From assembly GCA_009694135.1 (NCBI GenBank), contig SHVS01000010.1, positions 5,780 through 69,779 on the forward strand: DNA of 64,000 nucleotides, given 5' to 3'. Under the pieces are notes generated by a model that saw nothing but the letters and a program-made list of their open reading frames with translations, made no database searches and was not told the DNA's origin. Source of the DNA: Alphaproteobacteria bacterium. Lineage in GTDB: Bacteria; Pseudomonadota; Alphaproteobacteria; UBA6615. Positions 46,592 to 56,411 of the stretch are shown here, piece by piece; the stretch's first letter is position 1, and each line of letters begins with the position of its first letter. Both the position numbers and the translations under genes were made by a program.

Positions 46592-49285
46592 TCATGCCTC
46601 TTTAACCATACGCCGTAGGACATAGTGAAGGATTCCGCCGTTCCTGAAGCACTCGAGCTCATCGAGCGTATCGATGCGCGCCATGAGCTCGACTTCGCGC
46701 GCCGCTTTAGGCCCGGCGATGCGCAACGCGAGCTTGGCGCGCGGGGCCAGCATCGTGGCGATGCCGACCAGATCGAAGGACTCAGCGCCGGTGAGCGCGA
46801 GCGTCTTGCGGTCGAACCCGGCTGAAAATTCAAGCGGCAAAACGCCCATGCCAATTAAGTTCGAGCGATGGATGCGCTCGAAACTTTCCGCCACCACCGC
46901 GCGCACGCCGAGCAGCGCCGGCCCCTTCCCCGCCCAGTCGCGAGACGAGCCGGTGCCGTATTCCTTGCCGGCGAAGATCAGCGTCGCGACCCCATCCGCC
47001 CGATAGCGCATGGCCGCGTCATAGATCGACAGGCGCTCGCCCGTCGGTTGATGCACCGTCACCCCGCCTTCGGTGCCGGCCGCCATCTCGTTCCGCAATC
47101 GGATATTGGCGAAGGTGCCACGCATCATAACTTCGTGATTGCCGCGACGCGCACCGTAGGAATTGAACTCCGCGCGCGCGACCCCGTGCTCGCCGAGATA
47201 ACGCCCCGCCGGCCCATTGGCCTCGATCGAACCCGCCGGAGAAATATGGTCGGTGGTCACGCTGTCGCCGAGAATGGCGAGCGCGCGCCCGTTGCGAATA
47301 TCGCTTTGCGCCGGCGGCGTCGGGCCGAAGCCGTCGAAATAGGGCGGCCGGCGCACATAGGTCGAATCCTCGACCCAGGTGAAGGTGCGGCCCGACCGCG
47401 CCTTCACCTGCCGCCACTCGGCCGGTCCGGCCGCGACATTGGCGTAACGTTTCCGGTAGAGCTCGGGCGACATATGTGCGGCGATCGCGGCGCGGATTTC
47501 GGCGTCGCTCGGCCAGACATCCTTGAGGAACACGGGTTTTCCATCCGCGCCCATGCCCAAGGGTTCTTTCGCCAAGTCGCGCGCGACCGTGCCGGCAAGC
47601 GCGTAGGCGACCACCAGCGGCGGCGAGGCGAGATAATTGGCGCGCGTCTGCGGATGCACGCGGCCTTCGAAGTTGCGATTGCCGGACAAGACCGCGGCCA
47701 CCAACAACTCGCCCTGGTCGATCGCCTGCGCGACCTTCTCGGGCAGCGGCCCGGAGTTGCCGATGCAGGTGGTGCAGCCATAGCCGACCAGACCGAAGCC
47801 GAGCGCATCGAGCGCGGTGTCGAGGCCAGCCGCCTGCATGTAATCCGTTACCACTTGGCTGCCGGGCGCGAAGGATGTCTTGACCCAGGGCTTGACCTTG
47901 AGCCCGCGCGCCAGCGCCTTTTGCGCCAAGATCCCGGCGCCGATCATCACACTCGGATTGGAGGTGTTGGTGCAGCTGGTGATGGCGGCGATCACCACCG
48001 CCCCGTCCTCGAGGTCGTAGCCGTCGACCTTAACGGTGCGCGGCGCGGTTTCCTTCGCCCGCAGCTCGCCGCGCAACTTGCCAAAATCGGCGGCGACGAG
48101 GCCAAGCGGCACCCGATCCTGCGGCCGCTTCGGCCCGGCCAGGCTCGGCTCGACCGCGCCCAGCGCAAGCTTGACCGCCGTGCTGAACAGCGGCGGCGAC
48201 TTGGCATCACGCCACAGACCCTGCGCCTTGGCATAGGCCTCGACCAGCGCCACTTGCTGCGCCTCGCGGCCGGTGAGGCGCAGATAGGCCAGCGTCTCGC
48301 CATCGATCGGAAAGAAGCCGCAGGTCGCGCCGTATTCCGGCGCCATATTGGCGACCGTGGCGCGGTCGGCGAGGCTGAGCGCATCCAGCCCGTCGCCCCA
48401 GAACTCGACGAATTTTCCGACCACCCCGGCCTTGCGCAGAATCTGTGTCACCGTCAGCACCAGATCGGTCGCGGTGACGCCTTCCGTGAGCGCGCCGGTC
48501 AGTTCCACGCCAACCACCTCCGGCACCAGCATCGAGATGGGCTGGCCGAGCATCGCCGCCTCGGCCTCGATTCCGCCGACGCCCCAGCCGAGCACGGACA
48601 GGCCATTGACCATGACCGTATGGCTATCGGTGCCAACGAGCGTGTCGGGATAGGCGACCATCGCCCCGCTTTGGTCCGTCTCCGACCACACCGTGCGCGA
48701 CAGATATTCGAGATTGACCTGATGACAGATGCCGGTGCCCGGGGGCACGACACGAAAGTTGCGGAAAGCGTCCTGTCCCCAGCGCAAAAAGGCGTAGCGC
48801 TCGCCATTGCGCTCGAACTCGCGCTTCACATTTTGCGCGAAGGCGCCCGGGCTGCCGAAGGCATCGACCATGACCGAATGGTCGATCACCAGATCGACCG
48901 GGCTCAACGGGTTAATGCGCTCAGGGTCGCCGCCGAGCGCCGCCATCGCGTCGCGCATCGCCGCCAGATCGACGATTGCCGGGACGCCGGTGAAGTCCTG
49001 CATGAGCACGCGCGCCGGGCGAAAAGCGATCTCACGCGAGGAGCTGCGTTCCTTGGTCCAGTCGGCGACCGCGGCTATGTCCTCGACCGTGACCGTGCGC
49101 CCGTCCTCGTGCCGCAGGAGGTTTTCGAGCAACACCTTAAGTGAGATGGGCAGACGCGCGATGCCGGGAAAGCCTTTCGCGGCCTCGGCCAGGCTGTAAT
49201 AGGCGTAGCTCTGCGCGCCGACCTTGAGCATCCGGCGCAGTCCGAGCTGGTCTTGTCCGGTAACGGTCACGCGTGCCCCCATCAA
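46592..49285 (-). CDS. acnA: Aconitate hydratase A
   Basis: 897 aa. DSHTVMVNGLSVLGWGVGGIEAEA, ITSCTNTSNP, CTTCIGNSGPL, NRNFEGR, GSSRDWA. Confidence 0.9.
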   Translation of the reverse strand: MMGARVTVTGQDQLGLRRMLKVGAQSYAYYSLAEAAKGFPGIARLPISLKVLLENLLRHEDGRTVTVEDIAAVADWTKERSSSREIAFRPARVLMQDFTGVPAIVDLAAMRDAMAALGGDPERINPLSPVDLVIDHSVMVDAFGSPGAFAQNVKREFERNGERYAFLRWGQDAFRNFRVVPPGTGICHQVNLEYLSRTVWSETDQSGAMVAYPDTLVGTDSHTVMVNGLSVLGWGVGGIEAEAAMLGQPISMLVPEVVGVELTGALTEGVTATDLVLTVTQILRKAGVVGKFVEFWGDGLDALSLADRATVANMAPEYGATCGFFPIDGETLAYLRLTGREAQQVALVEAYAKAQGLWRDAKSPPLFSTAVKLALGAVEPSLAGPKRPQDRVPLGLVAADFGKLRGELRAKETAPRTVKVDGYDLEDGAVVIAAITSCTNTSNPSVMIGAGILAQKALARGLKVKPWVKTSFAPGSQVVTDYMQAAGLDTALDALGFGLVGYGCTTCIGNSGPLPEKVAQAIDQGELLVAAVLSGNRNFEGRVHPQTRANYLASPPLVVAYALAGTVARDLAKEPLGMGADGKPVFLKDVWPSDAEIRAAIAAHMSPELYRKRYANVAAGPAEWRQVKARSGRTFTWVEDSTYVRRPPYFDGFGPTPPAQSDIRNGRALAILGDSVTTDHISPAGSIEANGPAGRYLGEHGVARAEFNSYGARRGNHEVMMRGTFANIRLRNEMAAGTEGGVTVHQPTGERLSIYDAAMRYRADGVATLIFAGKEYGTGSSRDWAGKGPALLGVRAVVAESFERIHRSNLIGMGVLPLEFSAGFDRKTLALTGAESFDLVGIATMLAPRAKLALRIAGPKAAREVELMARIDTLDELECFRNGGILHYVLRRMVKEA

Positions 49286-49428
49286 GGTCTTGGCGGTCGA
49301 CTCGTTATTTTAGCCGCCCTGCCTAGGTGATAGCAGACTGGCCCTAGCGGATTGTAGCCGGGCGCAAATTTCCGCTCAGGGCCGCTCCGCCCAGTGTCCT
49401 GGGCAGTTTCAATCAGTTGGCGGCGTCA

Positions 49429-49630
49429 TTGCATCAAAAATATGCATGGATTTCATACTTCTGCCTTAATGCGAGCAAAACCCTGCCACAGCCTTGGGCG
49501 ATAAAGGCACCTTACTGGGACCTTCCCTCGATACCCCGGGAAATTCGGGTAGCCTCCGAAGACATCTCTCTCGGGTTGGCCCAGAGCATAAGCGGTCGTC
49601 GGAACCCCCTCCGACGACCGCATTCTTTTT
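49429..49630 (+). ncRNA. Candidate terminated leader or small RNA (class not recognised)
   Basis: Bounded at the 3' end by the strong terminator at 49592-49630. The 5' end is guessed from TTGCAT (49429) plus CATACT (49454). No plus-strand gene lies upstream. Confidence 0.3.
49592..49630 (+). terminator. Strong Rho-independent terminator
   Basis: Perfect 12-bp stem gcggtcgtcgga / tccgacgaccgc, 6-nt loop accccc, followed by ATTCTTTTT. Confidence 0.7.
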
Positions 49631-49705
49631 GTGCCCCTGGCGCGATAAAGTCCGGCGCGGCGCGTTTCGATTCGGGCCAGTTCTGGACAGAGGGGACCAT
49701 CAATA

Positions 49706-50131
49706 ATGGAGCATTTTACGCCCTCCGATTCCTTCAGCGGAGGTTTGCTGATCGGCGCCGCGGCAGTTCTGCTGCTCGCGTGTAACGGCCGTATCGCCGG
49801 AGTCAGCGGAATCCTCGGCGGGGTGCTTGAGGCGCGCTCCGACGACATCGTCTGGCGGCTGATGTTTGTCGGCGGGCTGATCCTCGGCGCGCTCGGCTTC
49901 CAGACGCTCGGCGGCTCGCTGGCCGCGGTCAAGATCGAGGCCGGCTGGCCGGTCGTGATCCTCGGCGGGCTGTTGGTCGGCTTCGGCACCCATCGCGGGC
50001 GCGGCTGCACCAGCGGGCACGGCGTGTGCGGCAACGCGCAGCTCTCAAAGCGCTCGATGATCGCGACACTGACTTTCATGGCCGCCGGATTCGCGACCGT
50101 GTTCGTTCTCCGCCACCTGATCGGAGCCTGA
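49706..50131 (+). CDS. YeeE/YedE-family sulfur-compound transport protein, half-size, N-type
   Basis: GGLLVGFGTHRGRGCTSGHGVCG. A-G-rich RBS (AGAGGGGA) upstream of the ATG. Confidence 0.75.
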   Translation: MEHFTPSDSFSGGLLIGAAAVLLLACNGRIAGVSGILGGVLEARSDDIVWRLMFVGGLILGALGFQTLGGSLAAVKIEAGWPVVILGGLLVGFGTHRGRGCTSGHGVCGNAQLSKRSMIATLTFMAAGFATVFVLRHLIGA

Positions 50132-50135
50132 CCCG

Positions 50136-50576
50136 ATGAAACGTTCCGTGTCCGCGCTTGTCGCGGGGATCCTGTTCGGCTTCGGCCTTTCCGTTGCACA
50201 GATGGTTAGCCCGGCCAAGGTGCTAGGCTTTCTCGACCTGGCCGGGAATTGGGACCCGAGCCTGGCCCTGGTCATGGTCGGAGCCTTGCTGGTGAGCTTC
50301 GCCGGCTACCGCTTCGTCCGGCTGCGTGCCGCGCCGCTGTTCGAGAGTAAATTCCATCTGCCGACACGGACCGATATCGACCGGCCGCTCATCGGCGGCG
50401 CGGTGTTGTTCGGGATCGGCTGGGGCCTGGTCGGCCTCTGTCCCGGTCCGGCGCTGGCGGCGCTGGCCGTTGGCGACCCTAAGATCATCGGCTTCGTCGT
50501 CGCCATGGTGGTCGGGATGGCGCTCGATCGCGTGTATACGCGGGGCACTTGGTTCGCCCGCCCGCAAGCGGCCTGA
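50136..50576 (+). CDS. YeeE/YedE-family protein, second half-size subunit
   Basis: ALVAGILFGFGLSVAQM...FGIGWGLVGLCPGPA. Confidence 0.7.
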   Translation: MKRSVSALVAGILFGFGLSVAQMVSPAKVLGFLDLAGNWDPSLALVMVGALLVSFAGYRFVRLRAAPLFESKFHLPTRTDIDRPLIGGAVLFGIGWGLVGLCPGPALAALAVGDPKIIGFVVAMVVGMALDRVYTRGTWFARPQAA

Positions 50577-50621
50577 ACTGAACCTAGGCTCGGGCGCTCC
50601 GCTCCGTTACGGTGCGCCACC

Positions 50622-51287
50622 ATGAGCGCACCCGGATTCGCTCCGCCCACAACGTCAAGCACGGGACTGGCCGCCGAGGCGCTCGCCTGTTTGCGTGGCG
50701 AGCGGCTGGTGTTCGAGCGCCTGTCCTTTTCGCTGGCTCCGGGCGAAGCCCTGGTGCTGTCCGGCCCGAATGGCAGCGGTAAATCGTCGCTCTTGCGCCA
50801 ATTGGCCGGGCTCGGTCCCCTTCATGACGGACGCCTATTGTGGAATGGCACGCCGGTGGACACAGACCCCGAGGCCCATCGCGCCCGCCTCGCCTATGTC
50901 GGCCATCAAGACGCGGTCAAATCGGTTCTCACCGCGCGCGAAAATCTGACCGCCTGGGCGAGCCTGGGCGGTGGTGGCGGCGAGGACGAAGCGCTTGCAA
51001 CCATGGGGCTTGGAGCCTTGGCCGATGTGCCGGCGCGGTTCCTGTCCGCCGGCCAGCGCCGCCGGCTGGGGCTGGCGCGGCTGTTCCTGCGCCCTGTCCC
51101 GCTCTGGCTGTTGGATGAGCCGACGCTCGGCCTCGATGCCGCCGCGCAAGCCGGGTTAAAGGCGGCGCTCGCCCGGCACCTGGAACAACGCGGAATGATC
51201 GCGCTGGCGACGCATGTCCCGCTGTCCCTGGCGCGCAGCCAGGAGTTGGACCTCGCCCGCTTCAGCCCCGTCCGGGCAGCGGCATGA
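50622..51287 (+). CDS. ccmA: Heme exporter ATPase CcmA
   Basis: GPNGSGKSSLLR, LSAGQRRRLGLARL, LWLLDEP. Confidence 0.85.
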   Translation: MSAPGFAPPTTSSTGLAAEALACLRGERLVFERLSFSLAPGEALVLSGPNGSGKSSLLRQLAGLGPLHDGRLLWNGTPVDTDPEAHRARLAYVGHQDAVKSVLTARENLTAWASLGGGGGEDEALATMGLGALADVPARFLSAGQRRRLGLARLFLRPVPLWLLDEPTLGLDAAAQAGLKAALARHLEQRGMIALATHVPLSLARSQELDLARFSPVRAAA

Positions 51288-51949
51288 GTATCTTTTTCGC
51301 GGTACTCCGCCGCGATCTCATGCTTGCGCTTCGCTCGCCGGCGGAAAGCCTTATGACCGTGGGATTTTTCGTAATCGCGGCGACGCTGGTTCCGTTCGGC
51401 GTCGGACCGGAACCCGAGACACTGGCGCGCATCGCCGCCGGGCTGGTCTGGGTCATGGCCTTATTGGCGGCTTTGCTCAGCCTCGACCGGCTGTTTCAGG
51501 CTGATTACGAGGATGGCAGCCTCGACCTCCTGCTGCTCTCCCCCGGCCAGACGGAAATCATGGTCCTGGGAAAAGTGGCGGCGCATTGGCTGACCACAGG
51601 GCTGCCGCTGATCATTTCTGTACCTCTGTTGGCCGTATTTCTGCATCTGCCGCTGGAGGCGCTGCCCGCACTGCTGGCCGCGATGCTACTGGGAACGCCG
51701 GTCTTGAGTCTTTTGGGCGCGGTCGGGGCGGCGCTGGCGCTCGGCGCCCGGCGCGGGGGAGCCTTGACCTCGTTGCTCGTGCTGCCGCTGTTCATCCCGG
51801 TGCTGATCTTCGGCGTGGCGGCGCCGGAAGCGGCGGTTGCCGATCTGGCCGCCAGGCCCCATCTTCTGATCCTGGCCGGGCTATTTTTCGGGGCGCTCGT
51901 TTTGTCGCCCTGGGCGGCGGCGGCGGCGCTCCGTCTGGCCGCCGAGTAA
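51284..51949 (+). CDS. ccmB: Heme exporter membrane protein CcmB
   Basis: ATGA overlap with ccmA. DYEDGSLDLLLLSP, six TM segments. Confidence 0.85.
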   Translation: MSIFFAVLRRDLMLALRSPAESLMTVGFFVIAATLVPFGVGPEPETLARIAAGLVWVMALLAALLSLDRLFQADYEDGSLDLLLLSPGQTEIMVLGKVAAHWLTTGLPLIISVPLLAVFLHLPLEALPALLAAMLLGTPVLSLLGAVGAALALGARRGGALTSLLVLPLFIPVLIFGVAAPEAAVADLAARPHLLILAGLFFGALVLSPWAAAAALRLAAE

Positions 51950-51999
51950 AGGCGTCGCACGCGCTTGAACCAGGATCGCAGCTGCGAGTATTGAAGGCC

Positions 52000-52758
52000 A
52001 TGATCGACCTCGCCACTTTCGCCAACCCTGCCCGCTTTTCGCGTATCGCGGGGCGCGTGTTCCCGTGGGCCGTCGGCGCGACCGCCGTGCTGATGGCGGC
52101 CGGGCTTTACTTCGCGCTGTTCGCCTCGCCGCCCGACTACCAGCAAGGCGAAAGCGTGCGCATCATGTATGTGCATGTGCCCGCCGCGTGGATGGCGCTG
52201 TCGAGCTACACCCTGTTGGCCGTCGCGAGCGCGGTCGCGCTGGTCTGGCGTCACCTGCTGGCCGATGTGGTGGCGCGAGCGATGGCGCCCATCGGCGCGT
52301 GTTTCACCTTTTTGTGTCTCGTCACCGGTTCGCTCTGGGGCAAGCCGATGTGGGGCACGTTCTGGGTGTGGGACGCGCGCCTGACCTCGGTCCTGGTGCT
52401 GTTTTTCCTCTATCTCGGTTATTTGGCGCTGCAGAACGCCTTCGACGATCCGGCGCGCGGGTTGCGCGCCTCGGCGATCCTCGCCTTGGTCGGTTTCGTG
52501 AACGTGCCGATCATCAAATTCTCGGTCGATTGGTGGAACACCTTGCACCAGCCGGCGAGCATCAAACTCGGCGGTCCGGCCATCGATGCGTCGATGCTGG
52601 TGCCCTTGATCCTGATGACGCTTGCCTTCGAGGCCTATTTCGTGACCGTGCTGCTGTTGCGCATGCGCACCGAGCTGGTCCGCGGCAAACTGCGCAGCGC
52701 GCGGCTGCGCGCCGCCGAGGCGGACGAGTATCTGCCGAACATAGGCAAACCGGCATGA
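52000..52758 (+). CDS. ccmC: Heme exporter protein CcmC
   Basis: From ATG 52000: [12 protein letters not shown]...[18 protein letters not shown] (WWD-type motif). Confidence 0.85.
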   Translation: MIDLATFANPARFSRIAGRVFPWAVGATAVLMAAGLYFALFASPPDYQQGESVRIMYVHVPAAWMALSSYTLLAVASAVALVWRHLLADVVARAMAPIGACFTFLCLVTGSLWGKPMWGTFWVWDARLTSVLVLFFLYLGYLALQNAFDDPARGLRASAILALVGFVNVPIIKFSVDWWNTLHQPASIKLGGPAIDASMLVPLILMTLAFEAYFVTVLLLRMRTELVRGKLRSARLRAAEADEYLPNIGKPA

Positions 52759-52934
52759 GCCCGCTTTCCGAATTTCTTGCCATGGGCGGTTATGCGCTTT
52801 TCGTTTGGCCGGCTATGGCGATGGTCGCCGTCGTGCTCGGTGGCTTGCTGTTCGAGAGTCTGCGTCAGCTCAGATCCGCCGAAGCCGATTTGGCCGCCGT
52901 CGAGGATCGCGCCCGCAACGGCTCCCGCCGATGA
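52755..52934 (+). CDS. ccmD: Heme exporter protein CcmD
   Basis: 59-aa single-TM ORF. ATGA overlaps with both ccmC and ccmE. Confidence 0.7.
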   Translation: MSPLSEFLAMGGYALFVWPAMAMVAVVLGGLLFESLRQLRSAEADLAAVEDRARNGSRR

Positions 52935-53374
52935 AACCGAAGCGCCGCCGGCTGTATCTGCTGCTCGCCGGGCTTGGCGGGCTGGGCGTGGCGACGGCGC
53001 TGGTGCTCAAGGCGTTCAACGACAATCTGGTTTTTTTCTATAGCCCGACCGACCTCAAGACGAAGACGATTCCGCCCGAGCGACGCATGCGGCTGGGCGG
53101 GCTGGTGGAGACCGGCAGCGTGACGCGCGAGGGCGCGACCATCCGCTTCCGCATCACGGACGGGGCGAACGCGGTGCCGGTGGTTTATACCGGCATTCTG
53201 CCCGATCTGTTCCGCGAGGGTCAGGGCGTGGTGACCGAAGGCGCGCTCGCAACCGATGGCGCCTTCCGCGCCGCCAGCGTGCTCGCCAAGCATGACGAAA
53301 ATTATATGCCGCGCGAAGTCGCCGATGCGCTCAAGGCCGCGGGGCAATGGAAAGGGGCGTCGGCCAAGCCATGA
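52931..53374 (+). CDS. ccmE: Cytochrome c-type biogenesis heme chaperone CcmE
   Basis: N-terminal anchor. [11 protein letters not shown] (heme-binding His). Confidence 0.85.
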   Translation: MKPKRRRLYLLLAGLGGLGVATALVLKAFNDNLVFFYSPTDLKTKTIPPERRMRLGGLVETGSVTREGATIRFRITDGANAVPVVYTGILPDLFREGQGVVTEGALATDGAFRAASVLAKHDENYMPREVADALKAAGQWKGASAKP

Positions 53375-55365
53375 TCGTCGAACTCGGCCATTTCGCGCTG
53401 GTGCTGGGGTTGATGGTCGCGCTGGTGCAGGCGTGGCTGCCGCTGCTCGGCGCCGCGCGCGGCGACCGGGCGCTGATGGCCGTGGCGGTTCCGGCGGCGC
53501 AAACCCAGGCGCTACTGCTGCTGATCGCGTTCTTCGCGCTCATGCATGCCTTCGTCGTCTCCGATTTCTCGGTCGCCAATGTGTTCAACAACAGTCACAC
53601 GGCGAAGCCGCTGCTCTACAAGGTGGCCGGCACTTGGGCCAGCCACGAAGGCTCGATGCTGCTGTGGGTTTTGATCCTCGCGCTTTTCGGCGCGGCCGTC
53701 GCAAGCTTCGGCCGCAACCTGCCGCCGGAGTTGAAGGCGCGCGCGCTGGCGGTGCAGGGCATGATCGCGCTCGCGTTTCTCGCCTTCATCGTTTTTACCT
53801 CCAACCCTTTCGCCCGGATCGACCCGGCGCCGCTGGAGGGCCGCGATCTCAATCCGCTGTTGCAGGACCCCGGCCTCGCCTTCCATCCGCCACTGCTTTA
53901 TCTCGGCTATGTCGGCTTCTCGATGGCGTTCTCCTTCGCCGCCGCGGCGCTGATCGAAGGCCGCATCGATGCCGCCTGGGCGCGCTGGGTGCGCCCCTGG
54001 ACGCTCGCCGCCTGGGCCTGTCTGACCGGCGGCATCGCGCTCGGCAGCTGGTGGGCGTACTATGAACTCGGCTGGGGCGGCTGGTGGTTTTGGGACCCGG
54101 TTGAGAACGCCAGCTTCATGCCCTGGCTCCTGGGCACCGCGCTGCTGCATTCGGCGATCGTCGTCGAGAAGCGCGACACGCTCAGGGCGTGGACCATCCT
54201 GCTTGCGATCCTGACCTTCTCGCTATCGCTGATGGGCACCTTCCTGGTGCGCTCTGGCGTGCTCACTTCGGTGCACACTTTCGCCGCCGATCCGGCGCGC
54301 GGCTTGTTCATTCTCGGCATTCTGGTGATCGCCATCGGCGGATCGCTGACGCTGTTTGCCATACGTGCGCCGACGCTCAAGTCGGGCGGGCTGTTCGCGC
54401 CGATCAGCCGCGAAGGCGGGCTGTTGCTCAACAACCTGCTGCTGGCGGCGGCGGCGGCGACCGTGTTCATCGGCACGCTCTACCCGTTGCTGATCGATGC
54501 GTTGAGCCAGGGCGGCGACAAAGTCTCGGTCGGGCCGCCGTTCTTCAACGCCACCTTCGTGCCGATCATGATCCCATTGCTGCTCGCACTCGCCGTCGGG
54601 CCGATGCTTGCTTGGAAGCGAGGCAATCTTTCCGCTGCGTTCAGGCGCCTCGCGCCCGCGGCCGCGGCGGCAATGGCGGTCACGCTGCTCGCATTCCTCT
54701 TGGCGCCGCGCGGCCCGGTGTTGGCGCCTTTTGGCCTCGGACTGGCGGCTTGGCTCGTGGTCGGGGGGCTGATGACGCTGGTCGAGCGAACCGGATTGTT
54801 CGCCGTCACCGTGTCGCAATCCTGGGCGCGACTTATCGGACTTCCGCGCGGAGCCTTCGGCCTGGCGCTTGCCCATGCCGGGATCGGCATCGTGGTCGCC
54901 GGGATCAGCGGCTCGGCCTGGCAGGAGGAGCATATCGTTTCCCTCAAAACCGGTGAGCGGCTGACGATCGCCGGGACCGTGTTGTCCTTTGTCGCCGTGA
55001 CCGAGGGCGATGGCCAGAATTATCAGTACCTGCGCGGCGAATTCGTCCAGCTTCGCGGCGAACGGATCCTCGGCCAGATGTGGCCGGAGCGCCGATCCTA
55101 TCCGGTGACCAGGACCGGCACGACCGAAGCGGCGATCGACACCAGCGTGCTGGGCGATCTTTATCTCGTGCTCGGCGAGGGTGACGAGAGCGGCGCTTAC
55201 ACCGTGCGCGCCTATTTCAACCCGCTCGCGCCTTGGATGTGGATCGGCGCGCTGATCATGATGTTCGGCGGGTTCGTCTCGCTTACCGACACGCGCTATC
55301 GGGTTGGAGCGCCAGCGCGCGCTCCGTCTCGTGCAGCGGTTGCCGCCGCTGCCGCCGCGGAATAG
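53371..55365 (+). CDS. ccmF: Cytochrome c heme lyase subunit CcmF
   Basis: ATGA overlap with ccm[20 protein letters not shown] (WWD domain). Confidence 0.85.
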   Translation: MIVELGHFALVLGLMVALVQAWLPLLGAARGDRALMAVAVPAAQTQALLLLIAFFALMHAFVVSDFSVANVFNNSHTAKPLLYKVAGTWASHEGSMLLWVLILALFGAAVASFGRNLPPELKARALAVQGMIALAFLAFIVFTSNPFARIDPAPLEGRDLNPLLQDPGLAFHPPLLYLGYVGFSMAFSFAAAALIEGRIDAAWARWVRPWTLAAWACLTGGIALGSWWAYYELGWGGWWFWDPVENASFMPWLLGTALLHSAIVVEKRDTLRAWTILLAILTFSLSLMGTFLVRSGVLTSVHTFAADPARGLFILGILVIAIGGSLTLFAIRAPTLKSGGLFAPISREGGLLLNNLLLAAAAATVFIGTLYPLLIDALSQGGDKVSVGPPFFNATFVPIMIPLLLALAVGPMLAWKRGNLSAAFRRLAPAAAAAMAVTLLAFLLAPRGPVLAPFGLGLAAWLVVGGLMTLVERTGLFAVTVSQSWARLIGLPRGAFGLALAHAGIGIVVAGISGSAWQEEHIVSLKTGERLTIAGTVLSFVAVTEGDGQNYQYLRGEFVQLRGERILGQMWPERRSYPVTRTGTTEAAIDTSVLGDLYLVLGEGDESGAYTVRAYFNPLAPWMWIGALIMMFGGFVSLTDTRYRVGAPARAPSRAAVAAAAAAE

Positions 55366-55371
55366 CGCGCC

Positions 55372-55911
55372 ATGCGTAAACTCGGTTATGCCGTGCCGGC
55401 GCTGCTGTTCCTTGCCATCGCGCTGCTATTCGCGACGCCCTTCGCCCTGCGACTCGATTCGCACATCTTGCCCTCGGCGCTGATCGATCTTCCCGCGCCG
55501 GAGTTTGCCTTGCCGCCGATCGAGGGGCGGCCGCAGACCCTTGGCCTCGCAACCGCCGACCTGTCCGGCAAGCCAAGCATCGTCAACGTATTCGCCTCCT
55601 GGTGCGTCCCCTGCCTGGCCGAACATCCGATGATCAGCCGCCTGGCCGAGGAAGGCTTCACGGTCTATGGCATCGATCACCGCGACCCGCCCGATGCCGT
55701 GGGTGCCTGGCTCGACCGCAACGGCAATCCCTATGCGCGCATCGGCGCCGACCGCGACGCGAGCGTAAGCATCGACTGGGGCGTGACCGGCGTGCCCGAG
55801 ACCTTCCTGATCGATCGCAAGGGCCGCATCCGCCACAAGATCGTCGGCCCGATGACGCCAGATATTTTCGCCGAGGAAGTCTTGCCGTGGATGCGCGAGC
55901 TGGCGCGATGA
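55372..55911 (+). CDS. ccmG: Thiol:disulfide oxidoreductase CcmG/DsbE
   Basis: VNVFASWCVPCLAEHP...GVTGVPETFLIDRKGRI. Confidence 0.85.
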   Translation: MRKLGYAVPALLFLAIALLFATPFALRLDSHILPSALIDLPAPEFALPPIEGRPQTLGLATADLSGKPSIVNVFASWCVPCLAEHPMISRLAEEGFTVYGIDHRDPPDAVGAWLDRNGNPYARIGADRDASVSIDWGVTGVPETFLIDRKGRIRHKIVGPMTPDIFAEEVLPWMRELAR

Positions 55912-56411
55912 AACGCGCCCTCTTCGCACTCGCGCTTTTGCTCGCCGCCGCGCCGGCGCTGGCGGTTAATCCGGACGAGATTTTGTCCGATCCTGGACTC
56001 GAGGCGCTCGCGCGCACGATCACGCGCCAGTTGCGTTGCGTCGTGTGCCAGAATCAGTCGATCGACGATTCCGAAGCGAATCTGGCACGCGATATGCGCC
56101 GGGTCGTGCGCACACGCGTGCTGGCCGGCGATGGCGAGCGCCAAGTGCTCGCTTTCATGGTCGCGCGTTACGGCGATTTCGTGCTGCTCGACCCGCCATT
56201 CAAGCCAAAGACTTACGCGCTCTGGTTCGGGCCGTGGGTCGTGCTTGCTCTCGCCGGTATGATCGCGCTGCTATGGTTTCGCGTGAAACGCTCGGTTGCG
56301 GCGCCGACCAGCGTGCCGCAGCTATCCGCCGCCGAGCGCACGCGACTGGATGCCTTGCTGGCGGAAATTGACGGCGAACCGCATGCGCGCGGCCGAGAGC
56401 GTAAGCCATGA
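55908..56411 (+). CDS. ccmH: Cytochrome c-type biogenesis protein CcmH/CycL
   Basis: Signal peptide. LRCVVCQNQSIDDSEA. Confidence 0.8.
   Translation: MKRALFALALLLAAAPALAVNPDEILSDPGLEALARTITRQLRCVVCQNQSIDDSEANLARDMRRVVRTRVLAGDGERQVLAFMVARYGDFVLLDPPFKPKTYALWFGPWVVLALAGMIALLWFRVKRSVAAPTSVPQLSAAERTRLDALLAEIDGEPHARGRERKP

Noticed and set aside
46868-49144. 758-aa plus-strand ORF
   Set aside because: It is antisense to acnA (aconitase Fe-S ligand motifs are present on the minus strand).
49442-49504. 20-codon uORF (MHGFHTSALMRAKPCHSLGR) in the acnA/yeeE spacer as a leader peptide
   Set aside because: It has no RBS and no run of regulatory codons. It is more likely a chance frame within the candidate RNA element.
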